The translations under genes were made by a program, and so were the position numbers. From the human T2T-CHM13v2.0 reference genome, Homo sapiens: a stretch of 64,000 nt of DNA. The notes beneath the pieces are model-generated. The model worked only from the letters and a program-made list of their open reading frames with translations. It was not told the origin of the DNA and ran no database searches. How positions within the stretch are numbered: position 1 is the stretch's first letter; each line of letters starts with the position of its first letter. Where the stretch lies: assembly GCF_009914755.1 (NCBI RefSeq), contig NC_060930.1; one strand, 5' to 3'. This document shows, in pieces, positions 1 through 14,055 of the stretch.

Positions 1-176
<176 letters not shown>

Positions 177-223
177 TAGCACTTTTCAATTTTAAATTCT
201 TACTTAGTTGCATGTCTTCATAA

Positions 224-537
<314 letters not shown>

Positions 538-670
538 TAAATTTAAGTTCGTGCCACTACACTCTTAGTTGAATGACTATAATAAAGAATATTGCCAATA
601 CCAAAGACTAGCATGGATACAGTGCAAGTGAATCTCTTATACATCGATATGGGATTATATCATACAATAC

Positions 671-1266
671 TGTTGTAGTAGTTATTAAGAAATTATTTTA
701 GGCAGATAGAGAGGAAAAGGGATCCTTGGGAAGTTTTCGTTTTTAAAGCAGCTCTTAGAGCCAGGCTGGCAACCTTTCATATGCAAATGCAGGACATTAG
801 AAACTGGGTCCACCCAAACATGGCAATTCCCGCGGCCTTCTTGCCCTTGCCCCACATGATCCTAGCAACACGCCCAACCCCCCCTATCCCCACGTGTGTG
901 GAACATCATTACGCCCTGCATTTGCATATTAAAAGGCTAGGGTGAGAGTGCCAGCTTTTTCACCGGCTACGTGAATGACATGCCTGGTCAAACCAATCCC
1001 CTGAGCCCTATGCAAATCAGACACCACCTCCTCCAGCCTACTCATAAAACTGGCTGGTATCCGTGGCACTTAGGGTTCCCTCTCTCAGCTTTGGAGCCCC
1101 CCTCCCTCTGTCTCTATACAGAGGAGCTTCTTTCTTTCTTCTCCCTTCTTTCTTGCCTACTAAACTCTCCGCTCCTTAAAACCACTCCATGTGTGTCTGT
1201 GTCGTTTTTTCCAGTTAGACTGGAGACAAGACCCCTGGTGTTCCTCCACCCATTGGAGCCATATCA
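671..1266 (+). mobile_element. Solo ERV1-type LTR (MER4-group-like) inserted in an old L1M fragment
   Basis: LTR-like ~600 bp ending ...ATCA, with CCAAT and octamer motifs. Flanked by L1M 3' sequence (to ~1585). Confidence 0.7.
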
Positions 1267-1890
1267 ATAGTACCACTACTGTGAAAACAGCTTGACAGTC
1301 TATTATAAAGTTAAACATACACTTACCATACTCCCCAACAATTAACTCAGGTGTATTTACCCTAAAGAAATGAAACATACACCCCAAAAAACTCAGGTGT
1401 ATTTGCCCTAAAGAAATGAAAACGTAGGTCTGCACAAAAACCTGTATACGAATGTTCATAGCTTTATTTATAATAGCCAGAAACTGGAAACAGTCCAAAT
1501 GTCCTTCAATGTTTGAACGGTCAAGGAAACTATGGTACATCTTACCATGGAATACTACTCAGCAATTAAAAAGAACAAACTATATTTTTCTATTTTTTTC
1601 CTGCTACGACAAAAAAAAACTTTAAAATATTTTTTACAGACATGAGTGCTTGAAAAAGCTCTTAACTATTATGGAAATGAAAACATTAATAATTAATGTT
1701 AGTATAACAGACCTCTGAATGTTAATACACTGGAAAAATAAAACTTAAAATGAAAATGAATCTTAAAGCTCTGCTATCTCAGTAAGAACATTTACCTTCT
1801 ATTTTTCTTTTTCTTTACAGGTGTTAATGATTAAATACTGCTAATATAAATAGTTTTATATTAATGACACACTTTTTAAAATAGTCCATG

Positions 1891-3497
<1,607 letters not shown>

Positions 3498-3639
3498 GAA
3501 GTCCATGAAAATCTCACCTTAAGTATTTGTTTTGTTTTCTTCCTAACACTGATATATAAATTGGGACTCTTCATTCTGGGGAAAGCATCAAGTTCTCTCC
3601 AGCCCCATCCAGGTGAAGAATTTCAAAATTGTGAATAAG

Positions 3640-4180
3640 GAGTACTGATATGCAAAACAATTGTGGTCCGATCTCAAGGGAATTACGCCAAGTGAAATAA
3701 GGTCAATCTCAGAAGGCTATATCCTTTATGATTCCATTTATTTAACATTCTCTAAATCACAAAACTATAGTGATGGACACAGTTGCCAGGGTTTACGGTT
3801 GAAAGTAAGGTATGAATATAAAGTTAGCAGAAGGAGGTTTCTTTGTGTGAAGAAACGGTTCCATATTCCGATTATGGTGGTGGTTACCAAGTGAACCAAT
3901 ACATGTGATAACATTTCATATCCACCCCCAAAAAAGTACAGGTTAAAAACTAACATGAACTATGTTCTGTAGTTTCAGTTAGTAATATTGTACCAATGTC
4001 AATTTTCTGATTTTGATAATGTCTATGGCTACACAAGATATTTATTCTTAGAAAAAGCTATGTGAAGAATAGAGAAACTATTAAAATAAAAAGCTAGGTG
4101 AAGGAAATAGAAACTCACTGTGATATTTTTGAAACTTGTGTGTCTTAAATTATTTAAAAGAACAAAATCTTTTACTAAGG
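3640..4180 (+). mobile_element. Old L1M 3' fragment
   Basis: Diverged L1M 3'UTR motifs (tatgattccatttat...aaaactatagtgatgga). Confidence 0.6.
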
Positions 4181-5501
4181 AAAAAGCCTGCCTACCTCAA
4201 AATTCAATTTCAGTTGAGTCCAGGTGAGAGGCTCTAGGAAAACAGGAATCAGATCCACTTTATTTGCCATTTTGTCTCCAGGATTTACCACCATGCCTGG
4301 CTCACTCATCTCTGTAACAAGCCTTCCTGGTTATACCCTTTACTAGCTGTGTGACTTTAGGAAAGTCGCTGTCTCTCTTCGCCTCAGATTCCTCATTAGT
4401 AGAATGGAAATAACAGACCCCACATAATAAGATTCAGGTTAAGATTGAAGAGTGAATAATGTCAAGTGCATTGAATACTTTATAGGAAGAGTCTTTCCAT
4501 GAGGGGACATATATCCTTTCTACCCTCTGAGTATGTGATATGCACAAAGGAGTAGCATGACTGGGCCTCACGTCTTGTCTTGTAATGATAGTAAACAATA
4601 AGCCTGGGAAATGGTGGAACAACCAATTTATAAATGATTCAAAATCCTTGCTTATAAAATCATGTCTACTGTATACCTGTATTTTTCCTTTTGTTTTCTT
4701 CCCCTTTTCATCTTCCTTCCTCAAGCTTTGAAATGCATGGAACTGCAACTGTCAGCCCTTTGTTTTTGATGCAATTTTCTTTAAAATTAATAAGAAAGAA
4801 GGTTTACAGTAGGGATCTTGCAATATTTTTCCTTGATTCATATTTAGTTTCTGGCTTTCCTAATATTCTCTTCATATTACTATCACTTCACTCGGATACA
4901 TTTGATGATGTTCATAAATCTGTTTCTCTTTCTAAGTTGTGAATTCTTGAAGCCAGGACCATGCATTCATTTATTTATTCAACATTGCAGTGACAGAACA
5001 CCTACCATGTTCCAGGCATGGGTCTAGATGCTGAGAATACAGCAGTGAACTAATGCCTTGTTCTCATTGGTAGTTACAATCTTGTATCAAATTCTTCTTT
5101 GTACTTCTAGCTTCTAACATAGTGCCTGGTAGTTGCTCAAATATTTCATGGATAGATGAGTGGAGTGATGAAATGAATGTTTCTGTGGGTGAGTGCACTG
5201 TATTTAAACAGCAACAACAACAAAAAAAAAACCAATGCTGTGAAATTGGCTGTTCGAAGTTTCTGGAAGCAGTGAGAAACAATTGTCATAGGATTCTTGG
5301 AAATGAGCTGCCTTTCTGCCTTCTCCTTCCCCATGAGATTCCCTGTTTGGCATGTTGCTGTGGATAAAGCAGTAGATGAGTGACAATGAGACAGTGCCAG
5401 TGCAGAACAGAAGTATCTCCTTTGGAGAGATGAACTGCTGAAGGATCCTTAAGAAATCTTTGATATTTTTCCTCACAGAGACATTGATTATGAGAGATGT
5501 C

Positions 5502-5779
5502 TTTTTTTTTTTTTTTTAGACAGAGTTTCACACTTGTTGTCCAGGCTGGAGTGCAATGGCATGATCTAGGCTCACCGCAACCTCCTACCTCCCAGGTTCA
5601 AGCGATTCTCCCACCTCAGCCTCCCAAGTAGCTGGGATTACAGGCATGAGCCACCAGGCCCAGCTAATTTTGTATTTTTAGTAGAGAGAAGGTTTTTCCA
5701 TGTTGGTCACCTCAGGTGATGCACCTGCCTCGGCCTCCCAAAGCGCTGGGATTACAGGCATGAGCCACTGTGCCCGGCC
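5502..5779 (-). mobile_element. AluS
   Basis: TSD tgattatgagagat; small internal deletion near 5710. Confidence 0.93.
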
Positions 5780-7239
5780 TGATTATGAGAGATTTCTGTG
5801 CTAAGAAATATAAAAAGATGTTTTGGCCAGAAATTAGCTACTCTGCCCCATCTCCCTAAATTTCGATCTTTGAATTCTCTCCATTTGAACTTTGTATTAC
5901 TTTTGTGTTTGTGATCTAAGCCCAAGAAAAGGATGTCAAATTCTCATAAAGAGGTTGTGGAGGGATGGGGAAGGTGGCCACTTCTCCTGGAGAGCAGGGC
6001 AAGAGGCTGATTCCCTTTGCAGATTTTAGCAAAACGCTCCTCACAAAGCTATTGCTAGCATTTTAAGTCTAGAGCATATGACTCTTACCATCAAGTGCAC
6101 ATTTCCTGGATGCCATAGAAACATTCTACAGTTTTTATTTACAACTTTTTGAATTCAATAATATATACAAATGATGTACTACTCAAAATGCTCAAAAGAA
6201 CAAATCATGACAAGAACGTGTCCTTCTTTGCCTCCTACCTCCTTGCTAGCCCATTTTTCTTCCTAGAGGCGCCCATTGGCATGTTTCTTATGAATCCTGG
6301 CAAGCTATTCTATGAATATCTATATTGGAAATCCGAGACTCCAAAATCCAAATGTGTTTCATGTAAACAGCTACTTCAAAGTCCAGTACGATAAAAGCCT
6401 TTTTAAAACTCAATCCTTACTCAGATGAGTGGATCTCATTTTCTACTTACTTTCAAGAAAGGTAGTAAGAAAAGAAGCAAAAAGAGATAGATTGGAATCA
6501 TAAAAGAGTGCTGACAGGTGCTAGGGTGACCAGGCTCCACCACTAACTAGCAGATGTGAGTCTAGCTCCCCTACCAGAAAACCGCAGGGTTCTCCAGGTG
6601 ATGTCCGAAGCTCCTTCCAAGGTAAGGACCTCAGTTCTGCTCAACAAGAGATCACATCTTTTTTCTTAAGTCAAAGACCAGCATAGGTACCTGTTACATC
6701 TGCAGTATTGTACGAGATTGCTGCTCCAAATGGGGCAGTCTGAGACTCTAACATAGTCAGGGCAGTTTTATCACTCATTATATCTCACTGTATCTCTTTG
6801 AAAATTGGCATTCTATCAAATATAAATATAGTAACTTAAATCAGAATAACATCATTTCCCAAATATTCTTGACTAATAATACCCTATACATTATGCTAAA
6901 AACCATGAAGAATTGATTACTGTACTTGCAGGTAGGTTCATCCATGCAATTGAGCTTTAAGGTGTTGCCTCATTAGTGCTTGGTGTGTATCAATTCTTAG
7001 CATAATCACATAAATCTTACTGTAAGGTTATGGGTCCTAAAGCAAACATGCAGAGTCAAGTAGGACTGGCTATAGCAAAATCACTTTTCAATTACAGATC
7101 TTCAGGTTAACTCCCTGGAAGGTTTGTTCATCAGATCTTGGGTGAGGCTTGAGAAAGTCTCTGTTCCTAAGCTTTAAATACATCGTTCTCCAAGCTGACT
7201 ATACACTGGGATCTCCTGGAGAGCTTTAAAAAATGCTGC

Positions 7240-7722
7240 TCAATCCCATTACTGGGTATATGCCCAAAGGAATATAAACCATTCTACCATAAAGACACAT
7301 GCATGCATATGTTCATTGCAGCACTACTCACAGTAGCAAAGACATGGAATCAACTAAATGTCCACGTATGGTAAACTGGATAAAGAAAATGTGGTACATA
7401 CGGAATGTGGTACCATGGAATACTATACAGCCATAAAAAAGGATGAGATCATGTCCTTTGCAGGAACACGGATGGAGCTGGAGGCCATCATCCTTTGTAA
7501 ACTAATGCAGGAACAGAAAGCCAAACACTGCATGTTCTCACTTATAAGTGGAAGTTAAATGATGAGAACACATGGACACAAAGAGGGGAACAAGACATTG
7601 GGGCCTATTTGAGGTTGGATGGTGGCCGGGGGAGAGCATCAGAAAAAAATAACTATTAGATACTAGGCTTAGTATAATATTTGGGTGACAAAATAATCTG
7701 TACAATAAACTCCTGTGACAAG

Positions 7723-7772
<50 letters not shown>

Positions 7773-7870
7773 CATACAACCTGCACATGGACCCCTGAAC
7801 CTAAAGTAAACCTTTTTTTAAAGCTTCCCCCCAAATAAAAAAAAATTTAAAATTTAAAATTTAAAAAAAA
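7240..7870 (+). mobile_element. L1PA/PB 3' end with internal (CA)n, inserted in a MER5-like element
   Basis: L1 3' consensus (MEYYTAIKKDEIMSFAG), with TSD-like aaaaa(g)tgctgct on both sides. Confidence 0.85.
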
Positions 7871-8208
7871 GTGCTGCTGCCTGAGTCCTATCTCCTGTGA
7901 TTCTGACATTGTTGATCTTGCATATGGCCTGGGCATTGGGTCTCTCAAAGTTTTCCCGCTGATTTCAATGTGTAGTCAGAATTAAGACCCACTACTGTAG
8001 AATTTGCCCAATATTGTCTGGTTCTAGAAATCTCGTTGGGTCATCAGAATTTGTTTACTTCTCTCACATGGAAGTGGTATAATCTCCCATATTAGTGCTA
8101 CCCTTTGCATGAAACTGAGGCATAATTGGCCTGTTTCAGGCTACCCAGTGTTATCTCATGACCGGGAGCATCCACATCACCCAGGAGCTTGTTAGAAATG
8201 CAGCCTCA

Positions 8209-8509
8209 GGCTGGGCATGGTGGCTCACGCCTGTAATCCCAGCACTTTGGGAGGCCGAGACGGGCGAATCACAAGGTCAGGAGTTCGAGCCCAGCCTGGC
8301 CAACATAGGGAAACCCCGTCTCTACTAAAAATACAAAAAAAAGTAGCCAGATGTGGTGGCGGGTGCCTGTAGTCCCAGCTACTTGGGAGGCTGAGGCAGA
8401 ATTGCTTGAACCTGGGAGGCGGAGGTTGCAATGAGCCGAGATCGTTGCCACTGCACTCCAGAGTGAGAGACTCCGTCTCAAAAAAAATAAAAAAGAAAGA
8501 AAGAAAGAA
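8209..8509 (+). mobile_element. AluS inside a MER5-like element
   Basis: TSD agaaatgcagcctca. Confidence 0.93.
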
Positions 8510-10017
8510 AGAAATGCAGCCTCAGCCCAGTCCCACAGAACAATTAAAACCGAATCTGCCTTTAAGATACCCAGGTGTTTCAGTTGCATATTCAAGTTTA
8601 GGGAGCACAACACAGTGGCCTCAAATTCTGCATTCCTAACACAATGCTTCCTAGTATTATGGATACTGCCGGTCCTCATCCACAGTGGCAAGGATCTAAA
8701 GCACTTTCTGTAAGTGTAGGAAACTCATTCTGGAATTCACCACAAACCTGAATTGAATTCTCTCCGAATCTGCCTTTTTAATTGACTGCTTATTCCCAGA
8801 TGATTCTTATTTACATGAAAGTTTGAGAACCACTGATGCAGGCCCAACTTTTTCCCAGAGCAGGACTCATTCTCTTATTTGAAAAGCAGCTCAGTCTAAT
8901 TGCACTTAGCCTACATCAGCCTAGAGGAAAGTATATTATCCTCTAGAGAAAAATACATCATCTCTTCCTTAGCCCTTCAAATAACTGAAGCTAATCTTTC
9001 TCCTGTTGCCTGGTCTTCATTGTCAGGCTTAGATTTGCCAACAGTTGCTCCTGATTCTGTTTCTTACTCTTCCTGGTATCCCCCTATGTCCCCACGACAC
9101 ACTGGAAACCTTTCACTTCAGCCATACTCCTCACAGTAAGACAGGCCAAAGCTAGAGGAAAGCTCTAAAGTGTGCCACACAGTATACAAATGACACTATC
9201 ATCGGCTCTGATCAGAACTTCTGATTTTTTAATAATGCGGCTGGAGGTTCCATTCTTTTTAGAAAAGCTATATATCATGTTAGTTCAATATTAAGCTTTC
9301 ATTTAACCACATCTCCTATGTTCCTTCCCTATGGATCATCAACAGATGTCACCTCATTCCAATATTTTCACAAGTACTGACTGACAAATAAATTTCATCA
9401 CTGTGATCTCTGCCCACTATTTCAGCCAACAAGGAATTTCCGGTCACTGGTCCTAAATACATGGAACAGTCAGTCTTGGATTCAGACAGTCAGAAGACAT
9501 GGATTCAAGTCTGATCTCTACAACTTTGCTATAGGCCTTACACAAGTTCTTTAGCCTTTATAAGCCTGTTTTTAAATCTATAAAATGGACACAATAATAG
9601 TACCTACCTTATAGTTGTGAGGATTCAATAAGGTAATACAAAAATCACTTTGCAAAGTATAAACCTGTGTAAATGTGAGTTATTAACGAAAGCATCCCAA
9701 GACACAAGGTACAAATAACCCACAAACTTAATCATAATAACCATTCATTCTTTGTGTTTTCTACCCCCACATGAAATTAGTGGCAGTTCTGAGATCCTCT
9801 GAAATGCAAACGCTGTCTCCTCCACTACCATCTGTGACCCATTCTAGTTTGCTTTCCTTCCTGATAAGAGTTCCTGTCTTTTATTGACAAAAGGCGGGGA
9901 AACCTGGTGTAAGAACCAGTGTAATTAAATACCAGGATAGTTCTCTAGAAACCAACCATGTGGAAGTGGATGAAACCAGAAAAACCCTTTAATGTCGCTG
10001 ACGTGGGTGTCCAAATG

Positions 10018-10540
10018 TTCGGGCAGGGCATCCACTTCCAGTTTCTCACTGAAAGAAGAACTTAAAATTGCTAAGGTTCTGGTTGTTGGAATTCTGTAGA
10101 GCCACGGTTCCCAAGCAAAGGGAAACATGCAATGAATATGATATGATATATGATATGCTACAATATATTCTATCAACATGAGATCTCACCCTGCCTCAAG
10201 ACCATGAGAGCCCTCTGAACTTATTCAGGAACAATGAGGTATCTACCCATTTCCTATAATAAGGACAATCTCAAAAACTGAATTCTCAGACTTAATCCAA
10301 AAGACTAGGAAGTGCTTGGTAGTTTTCACTAAAGTCCTTCCCTACGAACCTCCAGGTACCTTTCCAAACACAAATCTATAGAATTGTAGAATACATTATA
10401 GCATATCATATATCATATCATATTCATTGCATGTCTCCCTTTGCTTGGGAACTGTGGCTCTACAGAATTCCAACAACCAGACCTTAGCAATTTTAAGTTC
10501 CTCTTTCAGTGAGAAAATGGAAGTGGATGCCCTGCCTGAA
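10018..10540. repeat. Long inverted repeat (arms 10018-10172 and 10387-10540)
   Basis: Manual alignment of arm 1 to the reverse complement of arm 2 gives 7 substitutions and 1 indel over ~155 bp, with a 214-bp spacer. Confidence 0.95.
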
Positions 10541-10705
10541 ATCTTTGCTAATTTCCACGATTTACAGATTAGAATAGCTGAGGTTTTTAGAGCACACATA
10601 CTTTTGCAAAAGACTAATCAAAGAGTCACAACTAGAGGACATGTACAAAGCAAGAAATTCAACGATTAAATATACTCGGACTACTTAAGTAACAAACACC
10701 TAATG

Positions 10706-10711
10706 TTTATT
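10706..10711 (-). terminator. Polyadenylation signal AATAAA of TNFRSF21
   Basis: Plus-strand TTTATT reads AATAAA on the minus strand, about 1.2 kb after the stop codon. Confidence 0.8.
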
Positions 10712-11580
10712 AATAAATTAGTACACTTGAAGGCATTTTTCTGATATCGGTCCTTCACCACTACCCACAAACCCCACCCACACAAAGGGAGTCCACGCCA
10801 CCTTTGCATTGGAACCTGGCAACTGAGCATTAGAAGGTACATTTGTAAATGGGAGCATAGTTGCAAATATATCAGACAAGGGTTCTTACAGTTGCAGCCA
10901 TTTTTAATTAAAGTAATTGGTGAAGGAATCCCACCAGGACCAAGGCCTTGAGAGCAGATTGGACCTATTGATTATGTGTATATAAAAAACAAGACATCTT
11001 TTAAAGCAAAGCTGGGCAAATTCTCTATGGAAAGGGCGCCACTGGCACTTGATTTTGACTTTCCAAAGTGCAGCAATGTGTTCCAGAACAGCTCAAATCC
11101 TAAAAGGTGAAGTTCAAGTTCTTTGGTGGCCCAGTTGTCAAGCCACTTAAATAGCAAATCCTGATGGCTTGAGGATTTCATTTCTCCAGCCCAGAGCATA
11201 TTAGCATAAGAAGAGTACAAGTAATCAAGCATTCTACACGGTGTCCAGGTGAAAACCATACAATCAGCAATAGTGTGGTCAAGTTTCAGCCATGAATATG
11301 AACTATACAAGACATATTTAAAAGATAACTCAAAGTTGAATTGCATTACAGTAACTCAATGGGGTCTTAAATTTTCTTAATCTTTAAGAAAATTTATAAA
11401 GGACAAACAATAATAAAAATAGTAATAATATTTGTTTTTAAAAAGTAGGTGTGAATGTTAAGAGACATAAAGACTGCTTATAGGATTCACAAGATGCCAT
11501 TATACTTTTAAGAAGTTAAGAGCCTCACAATCCAGTGTGTGGGAAAAGTCACACTGCATTTATGGTAAGTTAAGTAAATT

Positions 11581-11588
11581 TAAAGTGC
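11581..11588 (-). promoter_or_regulatory. miR-17/20/93/106-family 8mer seed site (GCACTTTA); a second 7mer site lies at 11065-11071
   Basis: Plus-strand TAAAGTGC and AAAGTGC lie within the 3'UTR. Confidence 0.6.
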
Positions 11589-11780
11589 ACAGAATAATCT
11601 TGAAAATACATAAGAAGGCAAAATGGAGAAAATATGGAACTTAAAAAACTTTAGTGGTGGGTATTTCACAACAGTTACACCTGGCAAAGGCTTATAAACC
11701 AACTTCCCAGAAGAGTTATTTAAAAAAAAAAGAGAGAGAGAGAAGGAGAAAGAACTCAAGCACTGGCCATATTCTCTGTT

Positions 11781-11782
<2 letters not shown>

Positions 11783-11830
<48 letters not shown>
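11783..11830. repeat. (CA)n microsatellite, reads (UG)n in the 3'UTR
   Basis: Direct observation. Confidence 0.95.
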
Positions 11831-11920
11831 CCCAAACAACAAAAATCAGAAACAGAAGAAAATTAAAAAACCACCCTGCCACTAAATTGAGTAATTTCCA
11901 GAATGCAGTATCCCTATGTT

Positions 11921-12150
11921 CTACAGCAGGTCAGGAAGATGGCTATAAACAGAGTCCAGGAGGGTCTGGCTGGCTTCCTGGCTCTTGACTCCAATAATTT
12001 CGAATAGCCGGTCTAGTTTGTCCTCAGCCTGGGGAATCTCTTCAATCACCCGCAGCTCCTCAGGATTTAGAAAGTGGAGCATGTCATCAAAGATAGGCTG
12101 CAAGTCACAGGGGTCCAGGCGTACCTGCCGCAACACTGTGTCCTTCTTTT
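11921..12150 (-). CDS. TNFRSF21: TNFRSF21 terminal coding exon 6: C-terminal CARD-like domain and stop codon
   Basis: Translates (E)[75 protein letters not shown]. Acceptor ttctctgcag|AA, TAG at 11921-11923. Confidence 0.97.
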
Positions 12151-13152
12151 CTGCAGAGAAGAGAGGGAAGCAAAGACAGCTGTAAGGTGACTGTACTGGC
12201 AAGGCCTGGAGGAAGGAGAGCAGGGTCCTAGAGAGAGAGACATCTATGTCCCCCCCAGCCTATTATTCTCCATCCTCCATTACAGTGAGAGAGTGAGTGA
12301 TCCTCTGGCACATTCGAAACAACACAAGAGTTTTTACTTGTGTTGCACGTGTAAGATAGCAAACAAGATTTGCCTGGTAGAGATCAGACAAGGTCTTGCT
12401 TGAATGGCTTGCTGAGTTATCATTAATGTGACATTTGCCTAGACTTAAGTAACTTCTAAATTATTTTAGAATTCAGAAGGTGAATGGTGAGATACTTAAA
12501 GAAACCAAAGAAACAAAAACAAAAAACTAAAAAACCTTTACTGCTTTCCCTATCTGAAATGTGTTTACTAAACTAAGATATACATAGGCCCACCCCTTTC
12601 CAAATGATCAAAAATTCCAAGACAATGTAGTCTACTTATGTGACTTTCTGATTACATTGTAATATTTTAGAACTAAACTGCTGAGAGAGTAAAAGCACAT
12701 AAATAAGAAAATATGATTTCTTCTCAGGTCATACCTTACATTGGGATGAGGAACTATAACTTTTATTACTATTATAAAGCACTTTTTCTAAAATATATTA
12801 TATAACATAAAATATAAACTAAAATATAAATATTTTTATGTAAATGTAAAATAGATTAATATAAATATATAAAGTACACAAATTATAAATATGTAAATAT
12901 AACATTTTATAAATACGTAAAATATCAAATATAACCCTTTCACTAAAATATAACTGGAATTACCCAAAACTAGAAAATTTCTTTAAAAACTGTCATAAAT
13001 AGTGTATGCTAATTCCCTACCCCGATATTAAAAATTAAAAGTTGCAAATTCTTTGCCAAAACTACCAATCCATAATGTTTAAAATATTGGTATTTGCAAT
13101 GTAGTTTAACAAAGTGAATTTTAGGGTATTTTTAAGTCACTAAAACCTGTAG

Positions 13153-13433
13153 TTTTCTTTTTTTTGGGACAAAGTTTTGCTCTTGTCACCCAGTCTGGAG
13201 TACAGTGGCACAATCTCAGCTCACTGCAGCCTCCGCGTCTCAGGTTCAAGTGATTCTTTTGCCTCAGCCTCTGAGTAGCTGGAACTACAGCGGGCTAATT
13301 TTTCTTTTTTTTTAGTAGAGATGGGGTTTCACCATGTTGGCCAGGCTCATCTCTAACTCCTGGCTTCAAGTGATCCGCCCACCTCGGCCTTCCAAAGTGC
13401 TCGGATTACAGGCGTGAGCTGCTGCGCACGGCC
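13153..13433 (-). mobile_element. Alu (intron 5)
   Basis: TSD taaaacctgta. Confidence 0.93.
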
Positions 13434-13584
13434 TAAAACCTGTACTTCTGACTCTCAAGATAAGTTCAACTTTAAATCTTTGGATACAGCAAGCTTGGTA
13501 AATAATTTTCAAAAATCTTGCCAGACTACATTTTATCAGGCCTTCCCCGAAACACACATTTGATAGCATCATGAGGATAAAGGG

Positions 13585-14040
13585 TGGCCGATAGCTCTCC
13601 ACCGGGCAGTGCGAGCTGCAAAGATTTTGGAGGCGTGTCTTCGCCAGCCAATGGCGAGGTTACTCTCGGGCCAGCGTATCTTGAAGTTTTGGACTGGTCT
13701 TCCTGGGCAGGTAATTCAGATGACTCAACTCTCAGCTACAACTGGACTGTGGACGGGGAGGGACGAATCCCAGGGGCTCTTTGGGGGGTTTAAGTGCGTG
13801 TGTGAGGTCTGCTGCGATGCCCGTACCTTTGGTAATAAAGGAACCGTTCCTGCTCAGCGCGGAGGAGCCGCTGGATGTAGAGTCACAGCGGAGAAGGGGC
13901 TCCGACTCATCCACGAAGAAGCCCTTGTTCTTGTCCTGTGGGGAAGGCTCCACCGTCAGGAGAGCGGAATTCTCAAGTTTCGCGTTGGGGCTGGGGATGG
14001 GGCTCGGGCTAAGCGGGCTGGGGCTCATCGGGAGAGCTAG
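13585..14040. promoter_or_regulatory. CpG-rich intragenic segment over exon 5 and proximal intron 5
   Basis: Visibly high CpG and GC density compared with the AT-rich flanks; CCAAT at ~13648. Confidence 0.55.
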
Positions 14041-14055
14041 TTTGTCAGTTTCCAG
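13827..14055 (-). CDS. TNFRSF21: TNFRSF21 coding exon 5: Ser/Pro-rich linker
   Basis: Translates [33 protein letters not shown]...SRNGSFITK. Acceptor cctacag|CTG, donor AAAG|gtacgg. Length 229 nt. Confidence 0.97.

Larger units (their letters stand above)
10688..11920 (-). other. TNFRSF21: TNFRSF21 3'UTR (~1.2 kb)
   Basis: AU-rich sequence without interspersed repeats between the stop codon and AATAAA at 10706-10711. The 3' end is approximate. Confidence 0.8.

Noticed and set aside
8225-8691. Alu-derived ORFs (also at 16924, 18254, 23287, 35415, 37551, 43344, 60611 and others)
   Set aside because: Typical Alu translation artefacts.
12790-12950. AT-rich stretch with quasi-periodic ataaaatat units as a repeat array
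   Set aside because: Low-complexity DNA with no regular unit or spacer structure.
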